Origin: Paramecium tetraurelia
Taxonomy: Eukaryota
DNA: 64,000 nt
Assembly: GCA_000165425.1 (NCBI GenBank)
Contig: CT868407.1
Coordinates: 261,204 to 325,203 of the forward strand
Direction of reading: 5' to 3'
Within the stretch, counting starts at the first letter, position 1, and each line of letters opens with the position of its first letter. Shown here piece after piece: positions 52,878-64,000 of this stretch. A program made the translations under genes and the position numbers. Under the pieces are notes generated by a model. It made no database searches and had not been told where the DNA came from. It saw only the letters and a list, made by a program, of their open reading frames with translations.

Positions 52878-54707
52878 TCATAGTTTTTTTCTAAAATTTA
52901 CAGTATTGGTTTAAATTCCATCAAAAAATTTACTATTGCTTTAAAGATCCTACTTTCTCAATGTATTAATTGATTCCTTTTATTACAATTAAGATATGCA
53001 ATGCTCAACTTCATCTTAAATTATATCTAATAATAATTTTACATTTCAACTAAACAGCCTCCATATTACCTTGATCAATTTCCAGAATTTTCTTATAGCA
53101 TACCAAGGATTATGGATATTTCCTCATTAATTTTAACACTTCTCCATATCCAAACAATCCTTTTATGTGATTTGGTTATAATTCCAGAGCCTATTTATAT
53201 TCAACTGAAGCGTCATAATTAAATTTTAGCATTCTGAGTGCTTCTCCTTCAAATCTACATGATAAGATACCTTTTCCATAAAGAGATAAGAAATGTTTTG
53301 GGTGGTATTTTAGAGCCCTATCAAAATAAATAATGGCCTTTCTGAATTTGTCCTACATTCTCAATGACTCACCTTCGAAATATATAAAAATGCTAAACCT
53401 TTGCCCCATATGGAACATACATGATTCGGTTTTATTTTAATGGCTTTATCATACCATTCAATAGCATCTTCATAGTTTTCAATCAATCTAAAATATTAGC
53501 CTTTCTTCTTTGAAATTTATACCTTTTCCAAATAAGCTTTATAGATGATTCGGATCCAATTCTAAGGCCTTATCGTAAAAACTGTTGGCTTCTGCATATT
53601 TTTATTGATTTAATAAAATATCGCCTAGAATATATCTAGATAGTGCCTTTTGCTGCATAAATATCGGATTATTTTTCATTATGACCCAAAATAGTTGGCA
53701 ACGATAAAGCTTTATTTATAATAACTTCAGCATCAATTTATTTTTAAAAAGCATTTACACAGAGACCTAAATCTTAATGAAGATTATCACCTTTCCCTGT
53801 AAGTGCTTGTACCTAATTAGGTTTAGTCGATAAAGCTTAATCAAAGTACTTTTATGATTCTAATTCTAGTTCAATTTCTTATTCTAGTTCAATTTAATGT
53901 TTAGGTTTAGCTAAATTTCTGAAATAAAAATACGTTTCCCTTATAATAAGGCTTCAATCTTATATTAATGTAATGCTTTGGCTTTAGTTTATTAATATTT
54001 ATTTACCTTTATCACTTAATTTAGCCTCCAACTATTTATTAAAAGTTGTCTTCTCTATATTTATTTTTTTATATAATACCTTTCTCTTTAAGACGAATGT
54101 CTAACTTCTCTTTGGTTTAATCTTCTAAAAGATACATAGTCATAATCTAATACCCTTTTCTTTGAAACGCTATTCCAATTTTAGCTTTTCTAATGAATCT
54201 AATTATGAAATAAGGAGTTGTTTACCTCTTTCAAAGAGACTAGATTCTGTTTTCTATTTACTCAACACTTTGGCTAGATAAACTTAAAGATAGTAATACG
54301 TTTAGCTAATTTATTAAAATCTAACTCTAATTGATAAAGTGCTTTGGCTATACATTTTTGATTAAAAGAATAAATTACCTTTCCCTACTAAACTGGATAC
54401 GTGATTAGGGGCTATACCCAATGCTCGATCATACCATTATATGGCTTTCTAATATTTATCGAATTGCTACAAAGCATCCCCTTATGTATATTCAGGAACA
54501 GTTACCTTTTCCACATAGTGAATCAACCATATTGGGATCTAGACTTATTGCTGCATCAAACCAATAAAGTGCTTGATTCCTTTTTTATTGTTGCAACAGT
54601 TTTTAACCTAAATTAATAGAATGACAACCTAATGCTATCATAGACTTAATGTCATTAGGGTTTCTTTTTAGAACATCTTCATAATCATATCTCAATATTT
54701 TAGACAT
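52878..54707 (-). CDS. TPR-repeat protein (483 aa) with 16 exons and 15 phase-1 introns
   Basis: Canonical 34-aa TPRs, e.g. GDALQQFDKYQKAIQWYDRALGIAPNHVSSLVGK. Introns at 54608-54628, 54481-54505, 54348-54378, 54274-54299, 54199-54225, 54125-54153, 54055-54079, 53982-54006, 53911-53933, 53767-53790, 53625-53646 (GC-AG), 53501-53522, 53373-53398, 53247-53270 and 53015-53042. The spliced CDS is 1452 nt. Confidence 0.88.
53863..53895. repeat. 18-bp-period tandem duplication inside a TPR exon
   Basis: ATTCTAGTTCAATTT-CTT-ATTCTAGTTCAATTT, encoding QIELEQEIELEL. It accounts for this exon being 120 nt rather than 102 nt. Confidence 0.8.
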
Positions 54708-54728
54708 TATAAATTTTAATATACATTT

Positions 54729-55280
54729 TCAATCCTTTTTTATTTTACCTTCCTCAATCAACACAGGGATTTCAGCTGCCAACCAAGGGGCTAACTATAT
54801 TATTTATCAACATTAAATATATTACAGCCAGTTATAGAGCATGAACAATCCCAAACTTGGGTGCATTCTTCTACCATAAAGGAGCGAAATGAATGTCAAT
54901 GCAGATCTTGCCACCTCTGTACATTTTAGGTGTCAAACCATCTAATGATGGAATTTCGATTTCTATAGGTGCCAATGGATATGTTGGTGGAATCTAAATA
55001 TTCATGTTTGCTAACTTCAAATTAAAAATCAAATTCATATCTAATCAAATTATGGACTACCCAGCACTTTCCTTTCCAACTATTAAATAATCCTTCATTG
55101 TTATTACTTTGTGCATTCTTTATTTGCTGGTTCCAATTTTACCCAATCGTTATCTTCACTTTTATTGTTTTTTATATAGTTGATCAAAGCAGCATATTCT
55201 TCTTTTAGTCTATCTATCCATTATGCATCTCTGGGTCCTGCACTGATCGTGATATTAGTCTGTTGTGATTGAGTTTACAT
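54729..55280 (-). CDS. UFC1: Ufm1-conjugating enzyme 1 (E2-like)
   Basis: [82 protein letters not shown]. Three short introns. Confidence 0.97.
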
Positions 55281-55302
55281 AATTATTTAATATATAAATA
55301 TT

Positions 55303-57780
55303 TCATCTCATTAAAATTAAAATAAAGATTATTAAAATAATGGGGAAGCAGTACAACAGTTTAAATATAGAGAATTTACTCTCAACTTGCTTTTCAATTG
55401 TTTTTTTAGATATTTTTGGAGGGGAATTTTTTTAACATTTGGCTGGAATCACTTAATTTATTATATTGAATATTTACAATATTACTGAATTGCAGAATTA
55501 AGTGTTTCTTTTTTTTCACCTGGTTTATTTTGAAAAGTTTAATGATTGCTTTAATTCTTCACTAATACTGAAGTTTTTATTGTTTATAACGTATTAACAG
55601 AATTTGTAATTATGGATTGTTCAGTTACTTCGCTCTAAACTATTTTAAACCAATTATTACATCAGAAATGGCATTTTTTGAAATATCTGAATATTATGTT
55701 ACATATCTAACTCCAGGCAGTGCTTTGAATGATCCTTTTTTTTCATTAACTGTGATATCTGTGCTCTTTTACTAAGGATCATCTTCTTTAAATATTTTCT
55801 ATCCCAATATCAATAATTTATGATTAGAATTTTAAGATCTAAGTTTCTTATCTCCTCTATAATATTTAATCGAAGGTCGAGATATTTTGGAAGGGACTTG
55901 ATTAATCTAATAGAAATATTATTTAAGTTTTTAAATTAGGAAGTGATTAATTTGATTAGCTGCAATTATCTTAGGTTTTATTTTGTCTTCTTCAATTTAA
56001 GACTAGTCTAGATTCTCACTAATATCAATAGATTTTATTTCTCTGATATCTAATTTTTGATTGCATCCAGAACTTAGATGAAACAGAAATGCAAATTATG
56101 CTTTTATCATCACCTAACTTAAAATTCCAATCAATAATGACGTACTGGCAAATTTCATGGCCAATTATTCTTTAGCACTCATCAATTAATTATTTATTTC
56201 ATGTTCCTGGAGATCTTGGAGTGTTTGTTATTCTAATTACTATTATTGTGAAAATTCAGAATCCAATAAACTTACTTATTGAGAATGAATGTTAGCATTA
56301 TAAATGTATTAAGAAATTGTTAGTAACGCTTCTAATTACATTGATTTTATCTTTTATTTTGTTATTAAAGCAATTTTCCTAAATATTTTTGATTATAATA
56401 GTCTTGTCTTGAGAATTTGGAAGTGTTAAGTTTGTTTTTTTCTGAATAACCGCATTAAAATGCTATTGAAGGATATTTGTTTATTTTTTTTGTTTTGATT
56501 ATATTGTAATATATTGAAGTAACTGCGAACACGCTTATTATACATAGATTTAATTAATAAACAAGGCGCAATAGAGAATTTAGGCTGAAACTTGACACTT
56601 TTCTTTTTTGTTGGAGGTGTTAAATATTAAATTTACCCTTATTAATTTTTATTTAAAATCGGCATAGGTATAGGATTAGCATTTGGTGTTTTGGTCAAAA
56701 GCAAAACATCAAAATAATGTTATAACCTTATTGCTTTGATTTTATGGCAGATTCCCACTATCTTATGAGTTGCAAGAACTATTTTCAATTACGTAAATCT
56801 CAAAGCTAATTTGCAGCTTTAATCTTCTTTCATCTCAGAATACACTTTTAATGTTGCTTTGACTGCAGAGTTTCTTTAGGAACTCTAATTGCTCATGCTT
56901 AATAACTAATTCTAATCAGGATTAGTTTTATTTCTTCGTTCAGCAAAATTCATAATAAATTATATTTCAATAATTAAGGATACTTTTTAAGTCATGCTAG
57001 TGTTGCCATTTTAATTGATATCTAGTTTAGATTGTAATATAAATTAACTAATCACATCAACATCCCCTATCCATGAATTCTTTTGGTTTTGATATCAGTC
57101 AAAGAATTGAACCAAAAAAGGAGGACTTTTTGGAAAGTAACTCATTTAGTTCAACACTATATATCTGAAATTAACTGAACTATATTACTTTTTATCAGAA
57201 CTAGCCTCTATTTAGATTTAGAATCTTTACTAATAATTTTAATCTTGAAATAGGATTATAAAAATGTTAGTCTTTAAGTATTGTGATCCATGCTACTTAT
57301 TGGAATCTCATTATTTTCTCTGAATCGATTGAATTTGATGTCGACTAATGAGTTCCTTCTTTATTATTTAAGTTTAAATTCTTTATTTCTTTTATTTTGT
57401 TTGGTTAATAACCTACAAACTTTATCTCTTATTTATAAGATTAACTTTATGTCTAATCGAAACATTTTAAGATAACGAAATCCACCCTAATTGGAAGATT
57501 TGTTATTGAATTCAGTGATTTTAATAATGCTTAATTAGGAAATAGTGATGTAAGATATTATGTTTTGATGTAAAGTTATTTCATATAATGGATCATCTCT
57601 CTATTCTCCTTCTGAATAAATAATTGGCAGCACATTAAAAATTCATAGCCAGATGGATTGATCAGATAAAGGAATTAGATATTGATTTTACATAAAGTTA
57701 TTTTCTTATCTTTATAGAGAGTTACATTTCTAAATGTTATTATCTACAAAATTGTGAAAATGTTATTATGATATACATTT
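55303..57780 (-). pseudogene. Large hypothetical gene, apparently degraded, possibly with a tail-anchor end
   Basis: Long protein-like frames (e.g. SAKEQLAMKFASTSLLIGILSQ..). One frame ends KLLYCFPIILIIFILILMR-TGA (55303-55305). In-frame TGAs (e.g. 57643-57645) and frame switches are not cleanly resolved by introns. Start undefined. Confidence 0.4.
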
Positions 57781-58124
57781 TTATATCAAAAGAAACTTCG
57801 ATTCATACTTAAAAGATATTCCTAACTATACTAAACTTCAACATTTCCATCTACGAATAATGTATGCCATTTGATAATTATCATCTTAAAAAATGTAACA
57901 AATCTATAATTCTGTGATCTATTTTATTATTACCACCTTTCTAATTCTTAATCATAAATTATAAGAAATTGATTGAAATTTAACATTAACAACTTAGATT
58001 TCCATTATCTTTGTACACTGTTAATTAATGACATAAATATTATTTGATTATTTTTATAATTCCTTTATCAAATTTAAAAATACTTTGTATTAAATTGATA
58101 AATCTACTTTATAAATAAAAATGA

Positions 58125-59955
58125 TCAATTTTTTTTAAAATCTGTGATTGCATCAATGAAATTCGGAAAATCATCTTTATGGATTTCGATTACTGAAGTT
58201 TCAAAACTATCTTGTCTGAATTATAGATTCAATTCCTAGACTTTTCTTAGGAAATATTATCCAAACTAACTAAAAATGATTAGAATGAATAGGAATACTT
58301 TTTTTCTTGTCCACTAAAACTCATTCCTCCGACCACTCCAACCACCATGAATAACTCACCCAATTGATTAACTAGAATGACTGACTTATTGGATTATTTG
58401 TATCCCTTTTCTTTGTAGATATCCATAAGGAGGAGAGCTAATTTTTATAAGCTTTAAGGATGTTGAAAGAACTTCTTCTGCTAAGGACTTTCATTTTTCA
58501 AAATTCCATATCTGAAATGCTTGCATGGATAAAGCTCGTTGTTTTCGATAAGATTGTTGGCTTCATCAACCAGAGCAGCTTGGAACTCCAAAGCCATTTG
58601 TACTCCTTGTTGGAACAGGTCATCAGATTTACTAATAAGAATAGAGTATTGAGTTGTACCTGCCCAAAGTGTCTAAGGCACAAAAGAAATTCTAGAATTT
58701 GGCTGCAGTTTCAGAGGTCTTCAACTTTTCAATGACTTCAGAACATTGATGTTGCATTAATTGTTTAGAGAGCAATGCTTATGGGTATTCAAGGATTGCA
58801 TTAACAGCGTAAACCATATCGCTGGCTGCAATTTATATTTTAGTATCAGATTGGCGAACAAATGATCTATAAAGAATATCATCCATCTGAAATTTAGATG
58901 CCACCTCAGCAATTTAGGATTTCAATATTTATTTGTATTTCTAATTCATGTATCGAAAATCCTATTTTGCTTCATTTAATGGAATACCTAATTTAGCCAT
59001 AAACTCTTCCAATCTTTTGTTGTCCCTATCCTTCCACAATTTGAGTTTAGTTCCGACATAGGAAGAATAGTACATTGAGTTATAAAGTGATTGTTGTCTC
59101 ATGAGCAAGAATTTGTATTCGTTTTCAATGAAGACTCCTCCAATCTTCTTAGCATCTCCTTGAGTTTCCTCGAAATGGATGTTCAATCTGATGACTTCAT
59201 TCTGCAATTCTTCAAAAATGAGATCATAATTCTTTTGGTTCAATCGCATATGAATATAGGCATCAGTCAATCCCAGAATTGCATACCATAAATGATCGTT
59301 GCAATCGTGATTCATTTGTTAAGCCAAAGTATAAACCACAGTCGAACTTGGTCTGCTGTAATAGGTTCCTTGACTGTAGTAATCTTCATGCATTTGAATG
59401 AGTTATTTGCGAAGACTTCTTTGCAATTTCTGCTATTGCTTCCTTTGAATTTATGATGAATGAGATCCTGAGTCGTCTTCATCGATTGAGTCTTCGTCTC
59501 CATCACTCATTTCTTTGATTTCCTCCTCTGGACATTTCTCCAGTTGTCCCATGCCATCATCTATAATATAGATACTCTTCTCGTTATTCACATTGTTGTG
59601 ATTGATGGGCTTGTGACTGTCAAATATGAAGAACTTGATGTCTCCCTTTATAAAGTCACTCATGTCATACACATTTCCACAATTTAATAAAATTATACTC
59701 TTATACATATTCCCACATTTCTGAATTGCTTCAGTCATTTCAGAGTACCCAGAAACTGGGATCATTCTGAATTGCAGGTTCTCCCTATTCAACAAGGACT
59801 ATCAATAGAATTATGACAATTACAGTGAGAATCCTTAATGCGCATATGGCGTCTACGTCCAAAGATACTATAATGCATACGGAGGTCTTGCCAAATTCAC
59901 TTCTCTTTAAGATTTTTTGGAAACATTCCTTTATATTGTTTAAGAGGATTTTCAT
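58125..59955 (-). CDS. CDC45: DNA replication initiation factor CDC45
   Basis: IIVSLDVDAICALRIL, IPVSGY, IILLNCG, FIFDSHKPI, acidic insert, LWYAILGLTD, SLYNSMYYSSYVGTKLKLW, FMAKLGIPL, FGQYF..FETSVIEI. Confidence 0.96.
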
Positions 59956-60171
59956 GAAAAAAGGAGGGAATTTTAATTATTATATTATTATTTTTAACAA
60001 TTAGATAATTTGAATTAATTAATATGAATTCGCAGTATTCCCTATACATATAGTGGATTTCTCAATCTTACAAAGGATCTAAAAAAAGATGCTTATATTA
60101 TTACCTTATTTACATCTAATAGATTAGGAATAAAATAATTAAATTAATTAAATAATTTAAAGTGAGAGAAA

Positions 60172-63100
60172 ATGAATTTAATGCAATTTGATGCTCTATG
60201 TCACGATTGCTGCTATGCTCAATCGGTTGAAGTATTGTACATTTTTATTGCTTTTAGAAGAAATAATTGGCTGATCAAACCATTTATCAATTCATAGAAG
60301 ATATCAGAAATATCGATGGATTGTATTAAATCATAGGCCAAACCCAGTCAGGCTCTACGTTATTTGTCATTTCTGAATTCATAGCCAAAATTATAGTTTC
60401 TGAACGATAATTCAAAGGATTTTAGGTGGCTGAACGATCCTCACAAGAAATCCAAGTTATTGTTGGGCAATGCTATACGGGCGAGGAGGTGGAGATCTTG
60501 TATCAAAAATGCAGAGTATATGAGACTTTGGTGACCTTATTCTGCCAGACTTTGCAGAGAGAATTAGCGACTCATGCGCAAAACTCCATCTGCAATCTCG
60601 TGGGGTTGTTGATATAACAAGTGATGATGTTGAGTGGAACTCAATTCATGAAATTCTAAGACCAACTAAATGTATTTTTTGAGGGAAATTAAATTTACAA
60701 TCTCAGCATTGGCTTGAAATTGATATAGAATGTGATTCAGAATATCTAGCAATATTCATCATACGATTCGTATGTGTCTTATAGGAGAATTATGTTTGGA
60801 TTCTAGAATCAGGAAATATTCAATTGTTTTGAGATCGTCTGCAGAATTGTTAAAAATAATCCACCTCAATTATACAAGTAATCACTGAGCACATTGAAGG
60901 ATATATTGATGTTTAATTTCAATGTGAGTTATTTTGAATTAGAATCTGATTTCGATCCAAATGACTAAAACAACGTTAGTGTAAGAATACATCTATGACT
61001 TTTAGTTTCCAGATAAATTCGCTGATTATTTTACAGATTAATAATTTTTAGAGTTACTATTCAAGATTGTGGAGACCTATTGTAATAAGGACACCTCTTT
61101 GGCAACATTAGCTTTGAAATCATTAAAAAGAATGGCATCAGCCAAGAAGAAGATATTCACTAGCAAAGACAAAAAGAGGTTATTTGCAAAAGCACTATAT
61201 GATGGTTGCACCTACTTATTTTAGAATGTGCAATCAACTAACGAAGAGATCATAAGTGATATCTTAGAATTGAATACTAAATTAAACAATTGTTTCGGTC
61301 TCAGACAAATACGATTCGATTTTGCATTCTGTTAGAAGTGGCTCTATTGTTTATAAACCTATTGCATTCAGATATTGCAGAGACAAATGAAGATTAAAGA
61401 TCCCCACATGTATTAGATGATTGAATTAATGAAGAGACTGCTTAAATTCATTTCTGATTTTAAATTAGACACAACCTTTAAAACCTCAATCTCTTCAACA
61501 ATCACTGAAATTGGAAAATCAGTCATCCATCTACTGCTCAATTCCTAGAACTCCTTCTTTTAAGGCTACACTCCTCAAAATCACAAGAAGTTGAAGAACA
61601 CTCTCAAGGAATTCTTTGAAAATCTATTCCCAATCTTATCCATTGATCTAGGTAATCACATTAAGATGATATATCACTCATTCAAAAATGCCGCTTAGGA
61701 TCAGGAGAAATTCATAATCGAATTAAGTTTAATCAATTACATTGTGATAAATCCATTGATCCTGGAAAGAACATCTGAAGATATCATTTAAATGGTTCAG
61801 ACTGTAATCAAGGAATCTCTGCAATTCTTGTCAATCCCTCAGAACAATCTACCGCCTTTGGTGATTATGTCAGCAATGTCTCTGGCTGATAATCTGTTCT
61901 AGTTTGCCTTGAGTGAATCAGATGAGTCCATAGGGAGATAGAGATCCAACAAAATCTTTTTCGATACTTGTATCAAGCCTATTCAAGTTCAACCATAATA
62001 GGCAACGAACCAGTTGCTTCAATACATCGTTATGCAACTGCAAATTCAAAATAAAGAAATCATCGAATATGCTTTGGTTATAATGAAGGAGACCATTGTA
62101 AGACTTAAGCATCATCTGTACAACGAGTCATTTCAATCCTCAAATGTAGTCACTCAAATAAAGAGTGTATTACTCAATCTAAAGAATTCTGCCTTGCAAT
62201 AGGAGCAGTTTTTTAGTTGCCGCACATTGGCCTCAGAAATCATATCCATACTCCTATTCGATTCAGCCTATGAGAATTACATAGAGTCGATTGTATAATT
62301 AAATCAACTCCTGACAGTTCAGCCGACTTCTCAATCAATCCAAATATATCTATACGAAATGCTTGGCTATTTCAAACATGTAGATGTCAGTAAGATTTTT
62401 AGATTATTGATAAAATAACATTTATTGAAAATAGCAGATTTGACTAGATTTATTTTGATTGATAATCCCTAACAATTTCAGCTGTGTAAATTATGTTTGA
62501 AATTGATGGTTGCCATAACTGAAAATAAGAGTCTCCGATTTCAATACCATAGTTCTTCGATCGTCTAGATTGAATTAGTTAGGACCTTCCAAGGAATCCT
62601 GACTAGCTACGTTCAGCATCTGATTGTTGCCATCTAGAATGAGAAAGTCAAATAAGAATTTTCTGCTTAGATCTGTAGATTGGTAGGATTGGTGTATAAA
62701 ATAATGAACAACATCCTTAAAGGGAAGTACATATCTCAAGCTTGCCAATTGTTATTTGCAGATCGTAAATACTTAGATCTCTTGGTAGCCATTCTAGATA
62801 TCACATACAAGATCTCCAATTACATCATAGTAATCACTCCTTGTTATTTTTTTAGCTGTATAACAAGTCCTGTTTGCAAATGATTCAAGTTCTCCAAGTT
62901 GTCAGTTCACAACAATTGTAACTATTTGAATTGAGTCCGCAGTCCTTATCAACCTTGATGAGCATAGTCGAAAATCTATAGAAGCATTTGCTGGTGCAAT
63001 TGTCTTAAGAATACAAAGTCTCCACTTCTTCCTCATATCATCAACCAGCAGATAAGGTTTCATTAGATCAAACTACAGATATTGTTATTTCGACTTTGGA

Positions 63101-63455
63101 ATTTGTTTCAGAAGAACAGCAACTCACGTAATTGGGAGTGATTCAGTCCTTTGTTGTACCTCTGAATCCTATCATTGATAATATCTTGAATGATTTGATT
63201 GTCTGTTTAATACAAGGCAAATGTTCTCAATAAACATTCAATAAAATCAACAGACAACTCTTTGCCATCATGTGTACATATTATCAAAACTTCGTTAATG
63301 TATTGAGTAGACAATTTGTCAAATCTGAATAACAATTAGGACAGGCCTTGGTTAATGTTTTAACCAAAGATCTAGAACTCAGGATCAAACAACAGAACGA
63401 AGAGTAGTTTAAAAAGAACATGCCCTTATTTTTATCTTAATTTGGAATATTATGA
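60172..63455 (+). CDS. XPO7: Exportin-7/RanBP16-like karyopherin (importin-beta family)
   Basis: The N-terminus MNLMQFDALCHDCCYAQSVE|KKQLADQTIYQF, YRRIMFGFQNQEIFNCFEI, ILMFNFN..VSFPDKFADYF and RMASAKKKIF resemble XPO7 segments. About 1,060 aa, helical, with several short introns. Confidence 0.75.
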
Positions 63456-63494
63456 GAATATATTTTATTTTGTTATTAAATACATTTATTTTTC

Positions 63495-63836
63495 ATGAAC
63501 AAAAGATTTAATACTCAATATCCTATCGCCCCTCCCATGAATGATATCTCAAACCTATACAAAAGAATCAGAATAGAAGAACAATTATAATTATTCGATG
63601 AAGTTATCAAGAAAGTTAAAATTAAGAAACTAATAATCTAAACACCAAAAAACAAAGAACCCTTCTTGGTTCAAGCTAAATCCATTCAACTCAAAACAGA
63701 ACGGACCCTTTCTGTTCGTTCACCAAGAATTCCTAAAATTTTAAAGAAATAAGTTCTCCCCAAACTCGTAAGACAGAAACCCTCCATTTCTGGCTGGGAA
63801 GTAAACATACACAATGATTCATAAATGTATTATTGA
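63495..63836 (+). CDS. Small basic hypothetical protein (113 aa)
   Basis: Intronless, MNKRFNTQYPIAPP..LPKLVRQKPSISGWEVNIHNDSQMYY-TGA. Confidence 0.7.
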
Positions 63837-64000
63837 TAACATTATCATCAAATTGATGTCTATTCCCTTCACTTCCTTAATAAACTAACATCTCCCTTTG
63901 CGTAATGAAACTTTTTAAATAAGAAACATTTCTTCAGACGCATATGTTGTTATGTTGTTACTAACTAGAAACTCTAATTCGAAAAACAAAAAACAATTAA

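Noticed and set aside
63819..64000. Possible 3' end of a minus-strand gene at the window edge
   Set aside because: The frame is ambiguous, there is no motif, and the only frame open throughout would overlap the neighbouring stop.
1..64000. Telomeric repeats, CRISPR arrays, rRNA, or prokaryotic operon/defence systems
   Set aside because: None seen. The content is uniformly eukaryotic, intron-containing ciliate sequence.

Overview
This is AT-rich, gene-dense ciliate DNA that reads as Paramecium-type macronuclear sequence. TAA and TAG encode Gln, TGA is the only stop, introns are about 20-32 nt (GT..AG), and many intergenic spacers are only 18-50 bp. The supplied standard-code ORF track is therefore mostly fragments or antisense shadows. 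By hand translation I find about 30 genes. They include a dual-specificity phosphatase (partial), a giant beta-helix/multi-TM surface protein, three TPR-type proteins, PP2C, a GTPase-HSP20 fusion, a small HTH protein, a PYM-like protein, the PP2A scaffold subunit, a TBC Rab-GAP, a SAM-FHA-FHA-RING ligase, a PZP/PHD chromatin reader, a three-repeat Myb, a kinase and a pseudokinase, OSBP, a degenerate chitin-synthase-like protein, UFC1, CDC45 and an exportin-7-like protein. There are also several hypothetical genes and probable decaying pseudogenes. The most striking structure is the TPR gene at 52878-54707: 15 introns, all phase 1, with exons of exactly one TPR (102 nt), a central array of 45/48-nt micro-exons and one GC-AG intron. 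I saw no tRNA, rRNA, telomere, CRISPR array or intact transposon. All calls come from manual translation and motif recognition with no database searches.
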